Assembly (NCBI GenBank): GCA_008080735.1
Contig: SHMW01000002.1
Coordinates: forward strand, 54,285-118,284
From: Promethearchaeota archaeon
Lineage (GTDB): Archaea; Asgardarchaeota; Lokiarchaeia; Sigyniarchaeales; SOKP01
Direction: 5' to 3'
DNA length: 64,000 nucleotides
Part shown: piece by piece, positions 31,970 through 42,303 of the stretch
Layout of the letters: every line of letters begins with the position of its first letter
Numbering within the stretch: position 1 is the stretch's first letter
The notes under the pieces: model-generated
Databases searched by the model: none
What the model saw: only the letters and a program-made list of their open reading frames with translations
Told to the model about the DNA's origin: nothing
Translations under genes and position numbers: made by a program

Positions 31970-32767
31970 TTACGAAATGTTTGGGTCGTTTTTTTCTTTT
32001 TTTAGAAGATATTTCGAGAAAATATTCATATAAAGGCACTGCTCTGCTGGTAATCCTGTAGTCATGTTAGGATTCTCTGTAAATTCAACATTTGCATTTC
32101 TTATGAACACTATGGGTGTTTGTTGGTCCGCCTCTCCGAGTAGAAACTGAGCAGCACTTACTAAATCATCTGCGACTGCTCTTAAAGTAATTTCTAATGG
32201 TCGTCCAAATAAGTCAGGTTTTCCGATGCAATCCTCGACGGGTTCAAAACCAGCAGTAGCTAATGCGATCCCTATAGTACCTTTTCGAAGTGGTTGTACT
32301 CGGGAATCTGCAATTATTACTCCCAAGTTTTTAAGATTGAATTTTTTCCTTATTTTTCTATAATATTCCCACACGACTTTTTTTTGATCTTTTGGAAATA
32401 GAACCACATTATCCTCTCCCGCGTTTGACTGGTCAATACCAGCATTAGCTATTAAAATATCATTGACTTGTGCCAAAATGACATGTCGCATTCCCCCCAA
32501 AATCATATCTGATTCTCGTAATATTAATTCAACTATCCTCTCATCCATATCATACTTTTCTGCTAGTTCAATTGCCCTTTTAGAGATTTTTTGTATATCC
32601 GAGAGGTTTATAACTCTTCCCTGAGCAGTAGCGATCACTTTTTCCGAGATTACAATTATATCCCCTTCTTGAACTTCTTTCTCCTCCTTTTTAAGTGTTT
32701 CAAAAAAGATTTCTAAAAGGAGATCGTTTTTCTTAATCACTGGCAGTTTCAAGGAAAAAAGATACAT
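31970..32767 (-). CDS. cofE: CofE-family gamma-glutamyl ligase (possible FolC2-type folate glutamylase)
   Basis: SEKV....QGR, ANAGIDQSN, DS...PLR.G, DLFGR.L, GEAD..TP. Confidence 0.85.
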   Translation of the reverse strand: MYLFSLKLPVIKKNDLLLEIFFETLKKEEKEVQEGDIIVISEKVIATAQGRVINLSDIQKISKRAIELAEKYDMDERIVELILRESDMILGGMRHVILAQVNDILIANAGIDQSNAGEDNVVLFPKDQKKVVWEYYRKIRKKFNLKNLGVIIADSRVQPLRKGTIGIALATAGFEPVEDCIGKPDLFGRPLEITLRAVADDLVSAAQFLLGEADQQTPIVFIRNANVEFTENPNMTTGLPAEQCLYMNIFSKYLLKKEKNDPNIS

Positions 32768-32803
32768 AAGAAAAAGAGTTAATTTTAATTGAAATAGTTT
32801 TTT

Positions 32804-33682
32804 TTGTTCATTAAGTATATGAATAAAATTGAATCTGTACTCTTTGATAACTTTATAATTGGAGATAACTCCCCTACATTAATAATGGGAGTATTAAATT
32901 TAAGTCCAGAATCTTTTTATAAATCTTCAATCTATGAAACATTCGAAAGTATAAGAGAGGCTGCATTGAAGATGATCAGTTCTGGAGCACTTATTTTAGA
33001 CGTGGGCGCGCGATCTACAGCTCCTAAGTCTCCTGTTATTTCAGTAGACGAGGAAAGAAATCGTCTAGAACCCATTTTAGAAAAGTTATGTGAAATTCTC
33101 CCAGACAATCTTCTACTCTCAGTGGATACTCAATTCGCAAGGATTGCGCAAGCTGCTTATAGAATTGCTTCAAGATACAATAAGCGCATGATTTTGAATG
33201 ATGTAAGTGGTCTCACGACGGATCCAGACCTAATTAATTTTATTACGAAAAATAATATACCCCTAATTTTAATGGCATCTAAGGATAAACCGGGGGATCT
33301 CCTCACGATTGATGAAATCATTCAACAATTACGATCTAAAATTCAGCTACTCAATGATAGAGGTTATGATGAGAAGAAAATAATAATCGATCCTGGTATA
33401 GGACACTGGGTTAAAGATAAGACTTATCAATATGACTTAAAAATCATTGCAAATCTCGAGAAATTACGCACTTTACAAAAACCTATATTAATTGCACTAT
33501 CCAGAAAATCATTTATTGGAGAAGTATTAGAGATTCCCGATCCAGAGGATAGACTAATGGGATCCCTTTGTGCTACCGCAGTCTCCGTATTTAATGGTGC
33601 CCATATTGTAAGAACTCACGATGTCAATAAAAAGTTAAAAGACATAGTTAAAATGGCTGAAGCTATCAGAAGAAGTAGATAA
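32804..33682 (+). CDS. folP: Dihydropteroate synthase
   Basis: MGVLNLSPESF, DVGARST.P, SVDT, NDVSG, IDPGIG, SRKSFIG, RTHDV. Confidence 0.93.
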   Translation: MFIKYMNKIESVLFDNFIIGDNSPTLIMGVLNLSPESFYKSSIYETFESIREAALKMISSGALILDVGARSTAPKSPVISVDEERNRLEPILEKLCEILPDNLLLSVDTQFARIAQAAYRIASRYNKRMILNDVSGLTTDPDLINFITKNNIPLILMASKDKPGDLLTIDEIIQQLRSKIQLLNDRGYDEKKIIIDPGIGHWVKDKTYQYDLKIIANLEKLRTLQKPILIALSRKSFIGEVLEIPDPEDRLMGSLCATAVSVFNGAHIVRTHDVNKKLKDIVKMAEAIRRSR

Positions 33683-33788
33683 TTCTTTCATATCCCTTTT
33701 TATTAAACACTTTTTTATCAGCACACCATTCCACCTAAATATTAAAATCAATAAAAATTTATGGAAGAAATTCTATATTTATATTGGA

Positions 33789-34535
33789 ATGAGCAAGATC
33801 GATATAGATGAGCTATTAAAAATACTCCCTAAACTCATCCGAGAAAATGATACAGTGAAAGGAGCAATTATCAGTGCGCTCTCTGGAGTGGTTGCCACAC
33901 ACGAAGATATTGTAGAATTGAATAAAGCGATGGACAAGCGATTCGAGGCAATGCAGAAGACGATGGACAAGCGATTCGAGGCGATGGACAAGCGATTCGA
34001 GGCAATGCAGAAGACGATGGACGAACGATTTGAGGCAATGCAGAAGACGATGGACAAGCGATTCGAGGCGATGGACAAGCGATTCGAGGCGATGGACAAG
34101 CGATTCGAGACGATCGAAGTGGACATTTCAGAATTAAAAAACATGGTTGGAAATATTCAACAAACACTTGGAAAACCCTTTGAGCAATTTGCTCGTAATG
34201 TTGTGGTTAGAATTCTTGATGGAGAGGGTATGGAAAATGTACAATTAGAAAGTAGGAAATTCAGAGATCCAGAACGGTTCGTTTCTGAAGGGATCGAAGA
34301 GGTGGAGATAGATGGATTCTCTCTCACTCCTCCTATAGTGGTTGAAATAACATCTATATTGAGAAGTACGGAAAAAGTACACAAATTTCTAAGAAAGAAG
34401 GAATTTTTAGAAAGAAAATATCAAAAAGACTTTCGAGGCTTCTTCATCGCAGCAAGCACAGAATTTCCGTCTGAAGAGATAGGTGAAATAACCGTTTTAC
34501 TGCGCAAGAAGAATTCCGAACTACTAAATTTATAA
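33789..34535 (+). CDS. Coiled-coil repeat protein with C-terminal PD-(D/E)XK-like nuclease domain (DUF3782/DUF1626-like)
   Basis: MDKRFEA(MQKT) repeats followed by G..FE...R and EIDG...VVEITS. Confidence 0.75.
   Translation: MSKIDIDELLKILPKLIRENDTVKGAIISALSGVVATHEDIVELNKAMDKRFEAMQKTMDKRFEAMDKRFEAMQKTMDERFEAMQKTMDKRFEAMDKRFEAMDKRFETIEVDISELKNMVGNIQQTLGKPFEQFARNVVVRILDGEGMENVQLESRKFRDPERFVSEGIEEVEIDGFSLTPPIVVEITSILRSTEKVHKFLRKKEFLERKYQKDFRGFFIAASTEFPSEEIGEITVLLRKKNSELLNL
33930..34112 (+). repeat. Intragenic tandem repeat of 21-nt and 33-nt units (33-21-33-33-21-21-21)
   Basis: ATGGACAAGCGATTCGAGGC(G/AATGCAGAAGACG) units read directly. Confidence 0.95.
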
Positions 34536-34537
34536 AA

Positions 34538-35110
34538 CTAGCTCTCTTCGATTAATTTATCTATTTTTTTTGTGAACCGCTTTGCCGGACCATATAATTT
34601 AATAGCCCATGTGAACCCTACTGCGGCGAATACAATTAGCATAAGATAGAATGGCCATAATCTGCTAAGATCCACTCCTTCTATGGCGAACATCACTGAA
34701 AACACGATAATATATAACACTATTGCTACAAGGAGAATAATTTTAATAAATATTCCCCCCACATAGCGGATATGCAAAAATGATTTATTCTCCCCTACTT
34801 GCGAAAGATATGCCTTCTTAAGCAAAGGCCTTTCATCTTGAGAAAGTATCCGATTGAAATCGTTTAGAAAGGATAAAACCCTTTTACCTAACTCGGTAAG
34901 GATATAGACTCCTTCGTCATCTTTGTCTATGAATCCACTTAAGAGTTTGAGATGATAATTGAGCTTACCGGACGAAATGGCAAAGTGATCTAATAAATCT
35001 GTATAAGTCATCTCACTCTTCTCAAGCAGTCGCAATACTTCACGGCGGATTTCGTGGTTTAAAGCGTTTAAGATCACATCTTCAGAGGGAATTGAGATTT
35101 TCTTCACCAT
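34538..35110 (-). CDS. ArsR-type winged-HTH protein with two C-terminal TM helices
   Basis: ALNHEIRREVL, SSGKLNYHLKLL, YILTELGK; hydrophobic C-terminus. Confidence 0.85.
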   Translation of the reverse strand: MVKKISIPSEDVILNALNHEIRREVLRLLEKSEMTYTDLLDHFAISSGKLNYHLKLLSGFIDKDDEGVYILTELGKRVLSFLNDFNRILSQDERPLLKKAYLSQVGENKSFLHIRYVGGIFIKIILLVAIVLYIIVFSVMFAIEGVDLSRLWPFYLMLIVFAAVGFTWAIKLYGPAKRFTKKIDKLIEES

Positions 35111-35198
35111 AGAGATAATTTTTCATAATAGGATGTTATGATAATAGACCAATATAAAAAAAAGGAGTTAATATAAAAAATTATTCTTTTCTAACGGA

Positions 35199-35447
35199 TT
35201 ATGCCATTTTAGGAATCTCATCTGATTCGTTTCTCCGCATTCGACTTAACATATACAAGGAGACTAAAAGAACCACGATCCCAACTCCTATGAGCATTCC
35301 CTCGAGGAATGCAACCATACTGATCTCAGGACCGAATTGATACAAGATAAGGGAAATACACAAAGAACAAAGTCCTATCGGGAAAAAGAATTTTTTAATT
35401 ATTATTTCTCTCTCATCTGTATTTTTTAATAAGACCATTTGTACCAC
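35199..35447 (-). CDS. Small two-TM membrane protein
   Basis: Two hydrophobic helices. Confidence 0.55.
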   Translation of the reverse strand: MVQMVLLKNTDEREIIIKKFFFPIGLCSLCISLILYQFGPEISMVAFLEGMLIGVGIVVLLVSLYMLSRMRRNESDEIPKMA

Positions 35448-35554
35448 CTTAGTTCATTCTTTTTTTAATTTTTAGTTGCTCTTTATTATAGAGCTTCAAA
35501 AAAGGAGAGTTTGACCACCTATTTAACACTTTTTGAAAAAAAAATTTGTGGAGT

Positions 35555-35574
35555 TTGTCAAATAAAATTGACAA
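35555..35574. promoter_or_regulatory. Palindromic candidate operator between divergent genes
   Basis: TTGTCAA-N6-TTGACAA perfect inverted repeat. Confidence 0.4.
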
Positions 35575-35670
35575 TTAGCCTTGGGGTATTTCTTAACCTC
35601 TTTTTTGACTTTTTGTTTCCCATTTTAGAAATCAATTTAAATCATATAATATTTATTAGAGAAATTTGAG

Positions 35671-36576
35671 GTGATTTCAATTAAAAAAGGAATAATAGCT
35701 TTAATAATAATCGCAATTATTAGCACCGCTGGACTCATTCTCTATTTCTATCCTACTCAAACTCAAACTAATTCGATGATTATCAATCACAATCACGCGC
35801 ATCTAGAGGATTTAAGTGAAGTACCTCAAGAATGGATTGAAAAAGCTAAAAAAGAACTTAAAATTGTCTATTGGCACACTTCACATGGAAGTCAAATCAC
35901 GACGGGTATGAGTTCTTTGGATGCATTTATGGGCGATAAGGATGTATATGAATTCAATAGTGGAGGTTCTGAGGGTGCCCTACATTATTATGAGCCATCT
36001 ATAGACTACGCAGAGAGACATCTTACTGGGAACACAGATGGGTTTGATGATACGACAAGATCATTTTTGGATTCTAATCCTGAATATAATGTAGTGATGT
36101 GGAGTTGGTGTGCATTAGACAAAAATAATGATTCTATCTCCGAATATCTTACTAATATGAATCAACTTGAATCTGAATACCCAGAAGTTACTTTTGTTTA
36201 TATGACTGGTCATTTGGAAGGTACTGGCGAGGAGGGGGCATTGCATTATTATAATGAAATGATCCGAGATTATTGTATTGTAAATAATAAAGCATTATAC
36301 GATTTTGCCGATATCGAAAGCTATGATCCCGATGATAATTATTTCCTTGATAAATCAGCAAATGATAATTGTGATTATGATAGTGATGGGAATGGCTATC
36401 GAGATGCCAATTGGGCGGAAAATTGGCAAGAATCTCATAATGGCGTTGAAACGTATCCCGATGGCGGAGAGTGGTATGATTGCTCTCCCGCACATACCCA
36501 AGCAATCAACGGGAATATGAAAGCTTATGCTGCGTGGTATCTTTTTGCACGATTAGCGGGATGGGATGCTAAGTAA
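35671..36576 (+). CDS. Secreted/membrane-anchored protein, possible SGNH-like hydrolase
   Basis: N-terminal hydrophobic anchor; HTSHGSQI, MWSWC, YMTGH, DFADIES; DSDGNG Ca-loop-like motif. Confidence 0.7.
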   Translation: MISIKKGIIALIIIAIISTAGLILYFYPTQTQTNSMIINHNHAHLEDLSEVPQEWIEKAKKELKIVYWHTSHGSQITTGMSSLDAFMGDKDVYEFNSGGSEGALHYYEPSIDYAERHLTGNTDGFDDTTRSFLDSNPEYNVVMWSWCALDKNNDSISEYLTNMNQLESEYPEVTFVYMTGHLEGTGEEGALHYYNEMIRDYCIVNNKALYDFADIESYDPDDNYFLDKSANDNCDYDSDGNGYRDANWAENWQESHNGVETYPDGGEWYDCSPAHTQAINGNMKAYAAWYLFARLAGWDAK

Positions 36577-36594
36577 GAACTTTTTAATTAATTT

Positions 36595-36762
36595 TTATTT
36601 TCTTTTTAGGAAAGATTTCCTATATTCTTCTAATATTTCATTAATAGTTAGTTTTTCAGCGAGAAAATTTAAAATTACTGATATTAAAACTCTTGTTCCC
36701 TTTATATGAGTTTTTCCATGACAAACTTTTGGTTCAAATGAGATAAAATCTTTCCAATTCAT
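36595..36762 (-). pseudogene. DUF433-family antitoxin-like ORF (55 aa, C-terminally truncated), absent from the ORF track
   Basis: My translation MNWKDFISFEPKVCHGKTHIKGTRVLISVILNFLAEKLTINEILEEYRKSFLKRK matches the DUF433 P.vchGkp.IkGTR pattern. Confidence 0.75.
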
Positions 36763-37065
36763 TTTTATAAATTTAAAATGTAGTATTCTTTCCTAACTAA
36801 CTAATATTACGTTTTTAAATATAAAGAAATTATCCATTGATATAAATGATATTCGCTAACTGTAAAATCAATTATAAGATCTTATTTAGACCATAAATAG
36901 CGACCAGTGTTTGAGATAAACGGTCAAAAGTTCGGATTACCTATATTACGAGAATTTTTACAAAGATATTATAACTTAACCCAGTTTTGTCTTAAGTAAT
37001 TTAAAAAAAATATATCCTTTTCTTTTTATAATGCATGGAGAATATACATAGAGGAGATAGAAGCT

Positions 37066-37269
37066 ATGGAAGATGCTCTTGCTCTTATGGAGAGGTTATC
37101 TTCGAAAATTTTTAAATATAAATTTAATGAAAGAACTCAACGATTAATTGTAGAACTTTCCTCATCTATGTATGATGATCGTGATAAGAAGAAAAAAGAC
37201 CTTGAAAAATTCATGAAAAAGAAATATAGACCGATTCTTTTCAAAAAACACGGTAAATCACCTTTTTAG
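37066..37269 (+). CDS. Small hypothetical protein
   Basis: 67-aa ORF preceded by GAGGAG. Confidence 0.55.
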   Translation: MEDALALMERLSSKIFKYKFNERTQRLIVELSSSMYDDRDKKKKDLEKFMKKKYRPILFKKHGKSPF

Positions 37270-37440
37270 AGTTCATTTTGACAAGTTTGTAAACCAATTA
37301 TTTAAACTCAGTTTAGGTTGCCTTATAGATATATCTTTCTTAGGAAATCTTATTTTTTAATAAAAAATGCTATTAAAATTCTAATCTTTTTAGAATGTAG
37401 AAGAGAAAAAAACAACAGATATTTGTTTATTGATTTAATA

Positions 37441-37457
37441 TGACTTTGCTAAAGTCA
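37441..37457. promoter_or_regulatory. Palindrome upstream of gyrB
   Basis: TGACTTT-GCT-AAAGTCA. Confidence 0.3.
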
Positions 37458-37733
37458 GCTCTCATTAAGTTTTAATCCACCTCTGGAAATCTTAGCCAAA
37501 ATTACTACAGAAAATACAATTTTTATCTTTCACTTCTGTTAATTGGTGTCTCTTATAATCGTTTTTTTGCTCAATTAGAATCTTTTTTTTGGATCATATT
37601 TAAATGTGCGAATCACTATATATTAATTAGGAAGCGCAATATTTGAGTTCAATTTATATACTCTTAGGATTATTCTTCACAAGGTTTTTTCACACCATTA
37701 ATATTAATTAACAATCATCAAATAAGATTTCTA

Positions 37734-39755
37734 ATGACAGGAAATCCGTCTGATTTGGATACGGGTAAAGTAGAGAGGTCTAAATCTCAACAACTCGTGA
37801 ATGGAAGATACGATGCGGAAGATATTAAGGTTTTAAAGGGGCTTGAAGGAGTTCGGCGGAGGCCCGCTATGTATATTGGCGATACAGGAACTAAAGGATT
37901 GCATCATCTTATTTTTGAAGTTCTCGATAATTCTGTGGATGAAGCCATCGCAGGATTTGCCGATTACATTAAAGTCACCTTTTTTGAGGATGGGTCGGTT
38001 CAAATAAAGGATAACGGGCGGGGTATTCCAGTGGATAACCATAAGGAATACGATAAACCCGCTGTCGAAGTTATTATGGAACACTTGCATTCGGGGGGAA
38101 AATTCGATAATAAAAGCTATAAAATATCGGGAGGTCTTCACGGAGTAGGATTGTCCGTTGTGAATGCGTTAGCTGAATGGCTGGTTGTAGAAATTAATCG
38201 CGATGGTCATTGTTACACACAGAGATTTGCCAAGGGATATAAAGCTTCAGAGCCAGAAATAACGCCTTGCGACGAGGACCAGCACGGAACGCTTATCAGG
38301 TTTTTCCCAGATTCAGAAATTTTTACATTCGATAGCGAAGATGAAGAGACATTTAATTTTGATACCATTGCAAATCGGATGAGGGAATTAGCTTTTCTCA
38401 CTCCACAAGCGAAATTCGAGATATATAATCGTATAACGGAAGAACGGGAAGTTTTTCATTATGAGGGCGGATTAAAAGAGTTTATTAAGCACTTGAATCA
38501 AGATAAAAAATCCTTACATAATCAAATAATTCATATCCAAGATAATTACGAAGAAAAGGGAGATGTTGTAGAAATCGAAATAGCGATGCAATATACCCAA
38601 GGCTATCAGACAAATCTCCTTACATATTGCAATACCATTAACACCATTGAAGGAGGCACACACCTTACGGGTTTTAAGTCAGCATTAACAAGAACACTAA
38701 ATTCTTACGTAGAGGAATTTATGGCAAAAAAATATCAAAAACATTCTTTAAGTGGCAGCGACACAAGAGAGGGACTTTCCGCGGTCATTTCCATTAAACT
38801 TCCGGACCCCCAATTTGAAAGTCAAACGAAGATTAAATTAGGAAATCCCGAAGCCCGCCAAGCAGTAAGCCAAGTACTTTCCGATGAATTAATGAAATTT
38901 CTGGAGCAGAATCCGGACGTAGGTCAAAAGATTGTAAAAAAATCGATCGATGCAAAGAAAGCCCGTGAGGCCGCCAAGAAAGCAAGACAATTAATCAGAA
39001 GAAAGTCTGCATTAGATAATGCGCGCATGCCTGGAAAATTAGCAGATTGTTCTTCTAGTAATCCAGAAGAATGTGAGATTTTTATAGTAGAAGGAGATTC
39101 TGCTGGAGGTTCTGCCAAACAGGGCAGAGATCGAACATATCAAGCGATATTACCTATTCGAGGTAAGATCTTAAATGTTGAAAAGGCCCGTATTGATAGG
39201 ATCCTACGCAACAATGAAATTCAAGCCATCATCAAAGCTTTGGGAGTGGGTATCCAAGGGGTAAGTGAGGAAGATTTTGATATTGAAAAACTACGGTATC
39301 ACAAAGTAATTATCTTTTGCGATGCAGATGTTGACGGAGCACATATCGAGACACTCCTATTAACATTCTTTTTCCGATATATGCGACCGCTTATTGACAA
39401 TGGGTATTTATATGTCGCGGCTCCTCCCTTATATAAACTAAGCTATCGGAGTACGGAGCAGTATGTCTATACCGATAAGCAGCGAGATAAGGTAATGGAA
39501 GAGATTGTGGATAAGTATGATCTCGAGAATAGAAGTTCTATAAAAATAAAACGATACAAAGGGTTAGGGGAGATGTCTCCCGATGAGCTTTATCGCACTA
39601 CCATGAATAAAGAAACTCGGATCCTAAAACGGATTGTATACGAGGATCACTTGGAGACTGACCAAACCTTTACACGATTAATGGGTAAAGAAGTGACGCC
39701 CAGAAAGAAATTTATCATCAATAATTATGATGAAGTAAATATATTGGATATTTAA
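37734..39755 (+). CDS. gyrB: DNA gyrase subunit B
   Basis: VRRRPAMYIG, DNGRGIP, SGGLHGVG, EGDSAGG, PIRGK, DADVDG, RYKGLGEM. Confidence 0.97.
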   Translation: MTGNPSDLDTGKVERSKSQQLVNGRYDAEDIKVLKGLEGVRRRPAMYIGDTGTKGLHHLIFEVLDNSVDEAIAGFADYIKVTFFEDGSVQIKDNGRGIPVDNHKEYDKPAVEVIMEHLHSGGKFDNKSYKISGGLHGVGLSVVNALAEWLVVEINRDGHCYTQRFAKGYKASEPEITPCDEDQHGTLIRFFPDSEIFTFDSEDEETFNFDTIANRMRELAFLTPQAKFEIYNRITEEREVFHYEGGLKEFIKHLNQDKKSLHNQIIHIQDNYEEKGDVVEIEIAMQYTQGYQTNLLTYCNTINTIEGGTHLTGFKSALTRTLNSYVEEFMAKKYQKHSLSGSDTREGLSAVISIKLPDPQFESQTKIKLGNPEARQAVSQVLSDELMKFLEQNPDVGQKIVKKSIDAKKAREAAKKARQLIRRKSALDNARMPGKLADCSSSNPEECEIFIVEGDSAGGSAKQGRDRTYQAILPIRGKILNVEKARIDRILRNNEIQAIIKALGVGIQGVSEEDFDIEKLRYHKVIIFCDADVDGAHIETLLLTFFFRYMRPLIDNGYLYVAAPPLYKLSYRSTEQYVYTDKQRDKVMEEIVDKYDLENRSSIKIKRYKGLGEMSPDELYRTTMNKETRILKRIVYEDHLETDQTFTRLMGKEVTPRKKFIINNYDEVNILDI

Positions 39756-39801
39756 TTTGCTATATTTAAATTCTAAATTCTATTATTAAGAGTGCGTATT
39801 T

Positions 39802-42228
39802 TTGACAACGGAAAATATAAAGGACATTCGACTTAAGGAAGAGATGGAAAACAGCTATATCGACTATGCTATGTCGGTTGTGGTTGGAAGGGCAATCCCA
39901 GATGTGAGAGACGGATTAAAACCTGTACATAGACGTATTATCTGGTCCATGACCGATAATAACCACTTTTACAACCGACCGCACGTAAAGTCTGCCAGAA
40001 TCGTCGGGGACACTTTAGGAAAATATCATCCTCACGGCGATGCGGCGGTGTATAATAGTTTAGTACGTATGGCCCAAGACTTTTCAATGCGGTATCCCTT
40101 GATGGATCCACAAGGAAATTTTGGTTCTATTGACGGAGACCCGCCGGCAGCAATGCGATATACGGAAACACGGTTATCTCGTATCGCAAATGAGATGGTG
40201 GAGGATATTGATCGAGACACGGTTGATTTTCAACCTAACTTTGATAATAGTTTAGAAGAACCCGAATATTTACCATCAAAACTTCCAAATGTATTAATAA
40301 ATGGTACAAAAGGAATTGCGGTGGGAATGTCCACTTCAATGGCACCCCATAACCTGATAGAGGTGTGCCAAGGAATTATCTCGACCATTGATAATCCCGA
40401 TATCTCAATCGAAGAACTAATGGAGATTATCAAGGGCCCCGATTTTCCCACAGGAGGGATAATTACTAATACCAACGGTATCTACAATGCGTACTCAACG
40501 GGAACTGGGCGAATCCCTATTAAAGGGAAAGTTGGATTAGAAGAAAAAGGGAATAAAAGAAGGCTAATCATTACTGAAATTCCTTATCTGCTCAATAAAT
40601 CCTCTCTTATCGAACAAATTGCGAATTTAATCAAAGAAGGAATCATTAAGGATGTGTCCGATATGAGAGACGAGTCTGATAGGAAAGGGATGCGTATAGT
40701 ATTAGATTTGACCCGTAAAGCCCAGCCAAAAATCATTGAAAATATTCTCTACAAACGTTCTCGCTTGTTTACGAGCTTTAGCATTATCAACTTGGTTTTG
40801 ATTAATGGTGGGAAGCAACCTAAGATCCTCACCTTAAAGGAAATGATTCAAGAATATATTAATCATCGATTAGATATCGTGTATCGGAGAAATCAGTATG
40901 AACTCAAGAAAGCAAAAAAACGACTTCATAAGGTCGAAGGGCTTATCATCGCGTTAAATGACATTGATAACGTTGTGAACATCATAAAAGGTGCTGCCGA
41001 CAGAAATGACGCCGAGCAAAAGCTAATGGACAAATACAAGCTCTCGGAGATACAAGTCAAAGCTATTTTAAGTATGCCTCTCTCACGTCTTACAAATTTA
41101 GAACAGCAAAAATTATTTGATGAAGAAAAAGAACTTAAGGCAAATATCAAAGAATTTGAAAATATTTTAGCAAGCAAGCAGCGAAGACTCGACATTATAA
41201 AAGAAGAACTCGCCGAAATAAGTAAAACGTATGGAGACGAAAGAAGAACACAGATTATCGAGCAAAGAGCAATAAAGGACATCTCTAAAATAGATTTAAT
41301 TAAAAAAGAGCCCACCATTGTCATTTTTACGAAAAATCATTACATTAAACGGATTTCTATTAAGGAGTATAGAACACAAAATCGAGGCGGGAGGGGGAAA
41401 AAAGGAATGGAAGTGGATGATGAAGATTTTATTAATGATTTATTTGTGTGTTCCACCCACGATACGATCCTTTTCTTTACCTCAAAAGGGCGCATCTACT
41501 CAATCAGATGTTTTGAAATTCCCCAACAAACCCGTACCGCAAAAGGAAAACCCGTCGTAAATATCATTAAATTACGAGATGATGAGGAGATCTCAGAGAT
41601 GATCCCGATTAATAACTTTAACACCGATGACAGGCTTATAATGGTTACCCGGAACGGGACGGTTAAAAAGATTAGATTAAAAATGTTTTCAAAGGTTCAG
41701 AGTACAGGTATTCGGGCACAACGGATTCGGAAGGATGATAAATTAGTGAGCGTGAAAAAGCTTTCTAATGAGCTGCAAGATATTTTTATCGCGACAAAAA
41801 AGGGATATGCGATACGATTTGATGAGTCTGAATTACGGGATTTGGGAAGAAATGCGATTGGTGTCCGAGGAGCTGATCTTCGGGAAGATGATGAAGTTGT
41901 GGATTCATTGCTTGTAACAGATGATGATATAGTGCTAACGATTACCGAAAAAGGAAATGGCCAACGGACTTATATCAAGGAATATCGGAAGACGGGTCGA
42001 GCTGCGAAAGGTGTGAAAAATATAAGCTTAAGCGAGGACGATCAAGTGATTGCGGTTCGGATTGCTAAGGTAAAAGATCTTATCGTGGGAACGGAGCAAG
42101 GTCAAGTGATCAGAGTACCCGTGGAATCAATTCGGATCACTCACAGGAAGGCGAAAGGAGTTCGAGTCATTAATCTCTATGAAGATGATTCGGTCTCAGC
42201 TATTGGTAAATGCGCGAAAAAAATTTAG
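39802..42228 (+). CDS. gyrA: DNA gyrase subunit A
   Basis: DGLKPVHRR, YHPHGD, AAMRYTE catalytic Tyr, GyrA-box QNRGGRG, C-terminal pinwheel repeats. Confidence 0.97.
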   Translation: MTTENIKDIRLKEEMENSYIDYAMSVVVGRAIPDVRDGLKPVHRRIIWSMTDNNHFYNRPHVKSARIVGDTLGKYHPHGDAAVYNSLVRMAQDFSMRYPLMDPQGNFGSIDGDPPAAMRYTETRLSRIANEMVEDIDRDTVDFQPNFDNSLEEPEYLPSKLPNVLINGTKGIAVGMSTSMAPHNLIEVCQGIISTIDNPDISIEELMEIIKGPDFPTGGIITNTNGIYNAYSTGTGRIPIKGKVGLEEKGNKRRLIITEIPYLLNKSSLIEQIANLIKEGIIKDVSDMRDESDRKGMRIVLDLTRKAQPKIIENILYKRSRLFTSFSIINLVLINGGKQPKILTLKEMIQEYINHRLDIVYRRNQYELKKAKKRLHKVEGLIIALNDIDNVVNIIKGAADRNDAEQKLMDKYKLSEIQVKAILSMPLSRLTNLEQQKLFDEEKELKANIKEFENILASKQRRLDIIKEELAEISKTYGDERRTQIIEQRAIKDISKIDLIKKEPTIVIFTKNHYIKRISIKEYRTQNRGGRGKKGMEVDDEDFINDLFVCSTHDTILFFTSKGRIYSIRCFEIPQQTRTAKGKPVVNIIKLRDDEEISEMIPINNFNTDDRLIMVTRNGTVKKIRLKMFSKVQSTGIRAQRIRKDDKLVSVKKLSNELQDIFIATKKGYAIRFDESELRDLGRNAIGVRGADLREDDEVVDSLLVTDDDIVLTITEKGNGQRTYIKEYRKTGRAAKGVKNISLSEDDQVIAVRIAKVKDLIVGTEQGQVIRVPVESIRITHRKAKGVRVINLYEDDSVSAIGKCAKKI

Positions 42229-42303
42229 TTTTTAAAATTATTATTTCTCTTTTTCAAAAAACTCTTTTTATCAATTATTTATAACGTTTTTTACCATTTT
42301 TCT

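Noticed and set aside
33930-34112. Possible CRISPR or guide-RNA array
   Set aside because: Units abut without unique spacers, are multiples of 3 nt and lie in frame in a CDS; no cas genes are present.
33779-34167. Antisense ORFs with SNRLSIA / PRIACPS repeats
   Set aside because: Shadows of the stop-free tandem repeat on the opposite strand.
36763-37733. Replication origin upstream of gyrB
   Set aside because: AT-rich, but no repeated ORB boxes and no orc1/cdc6 gene in the window.
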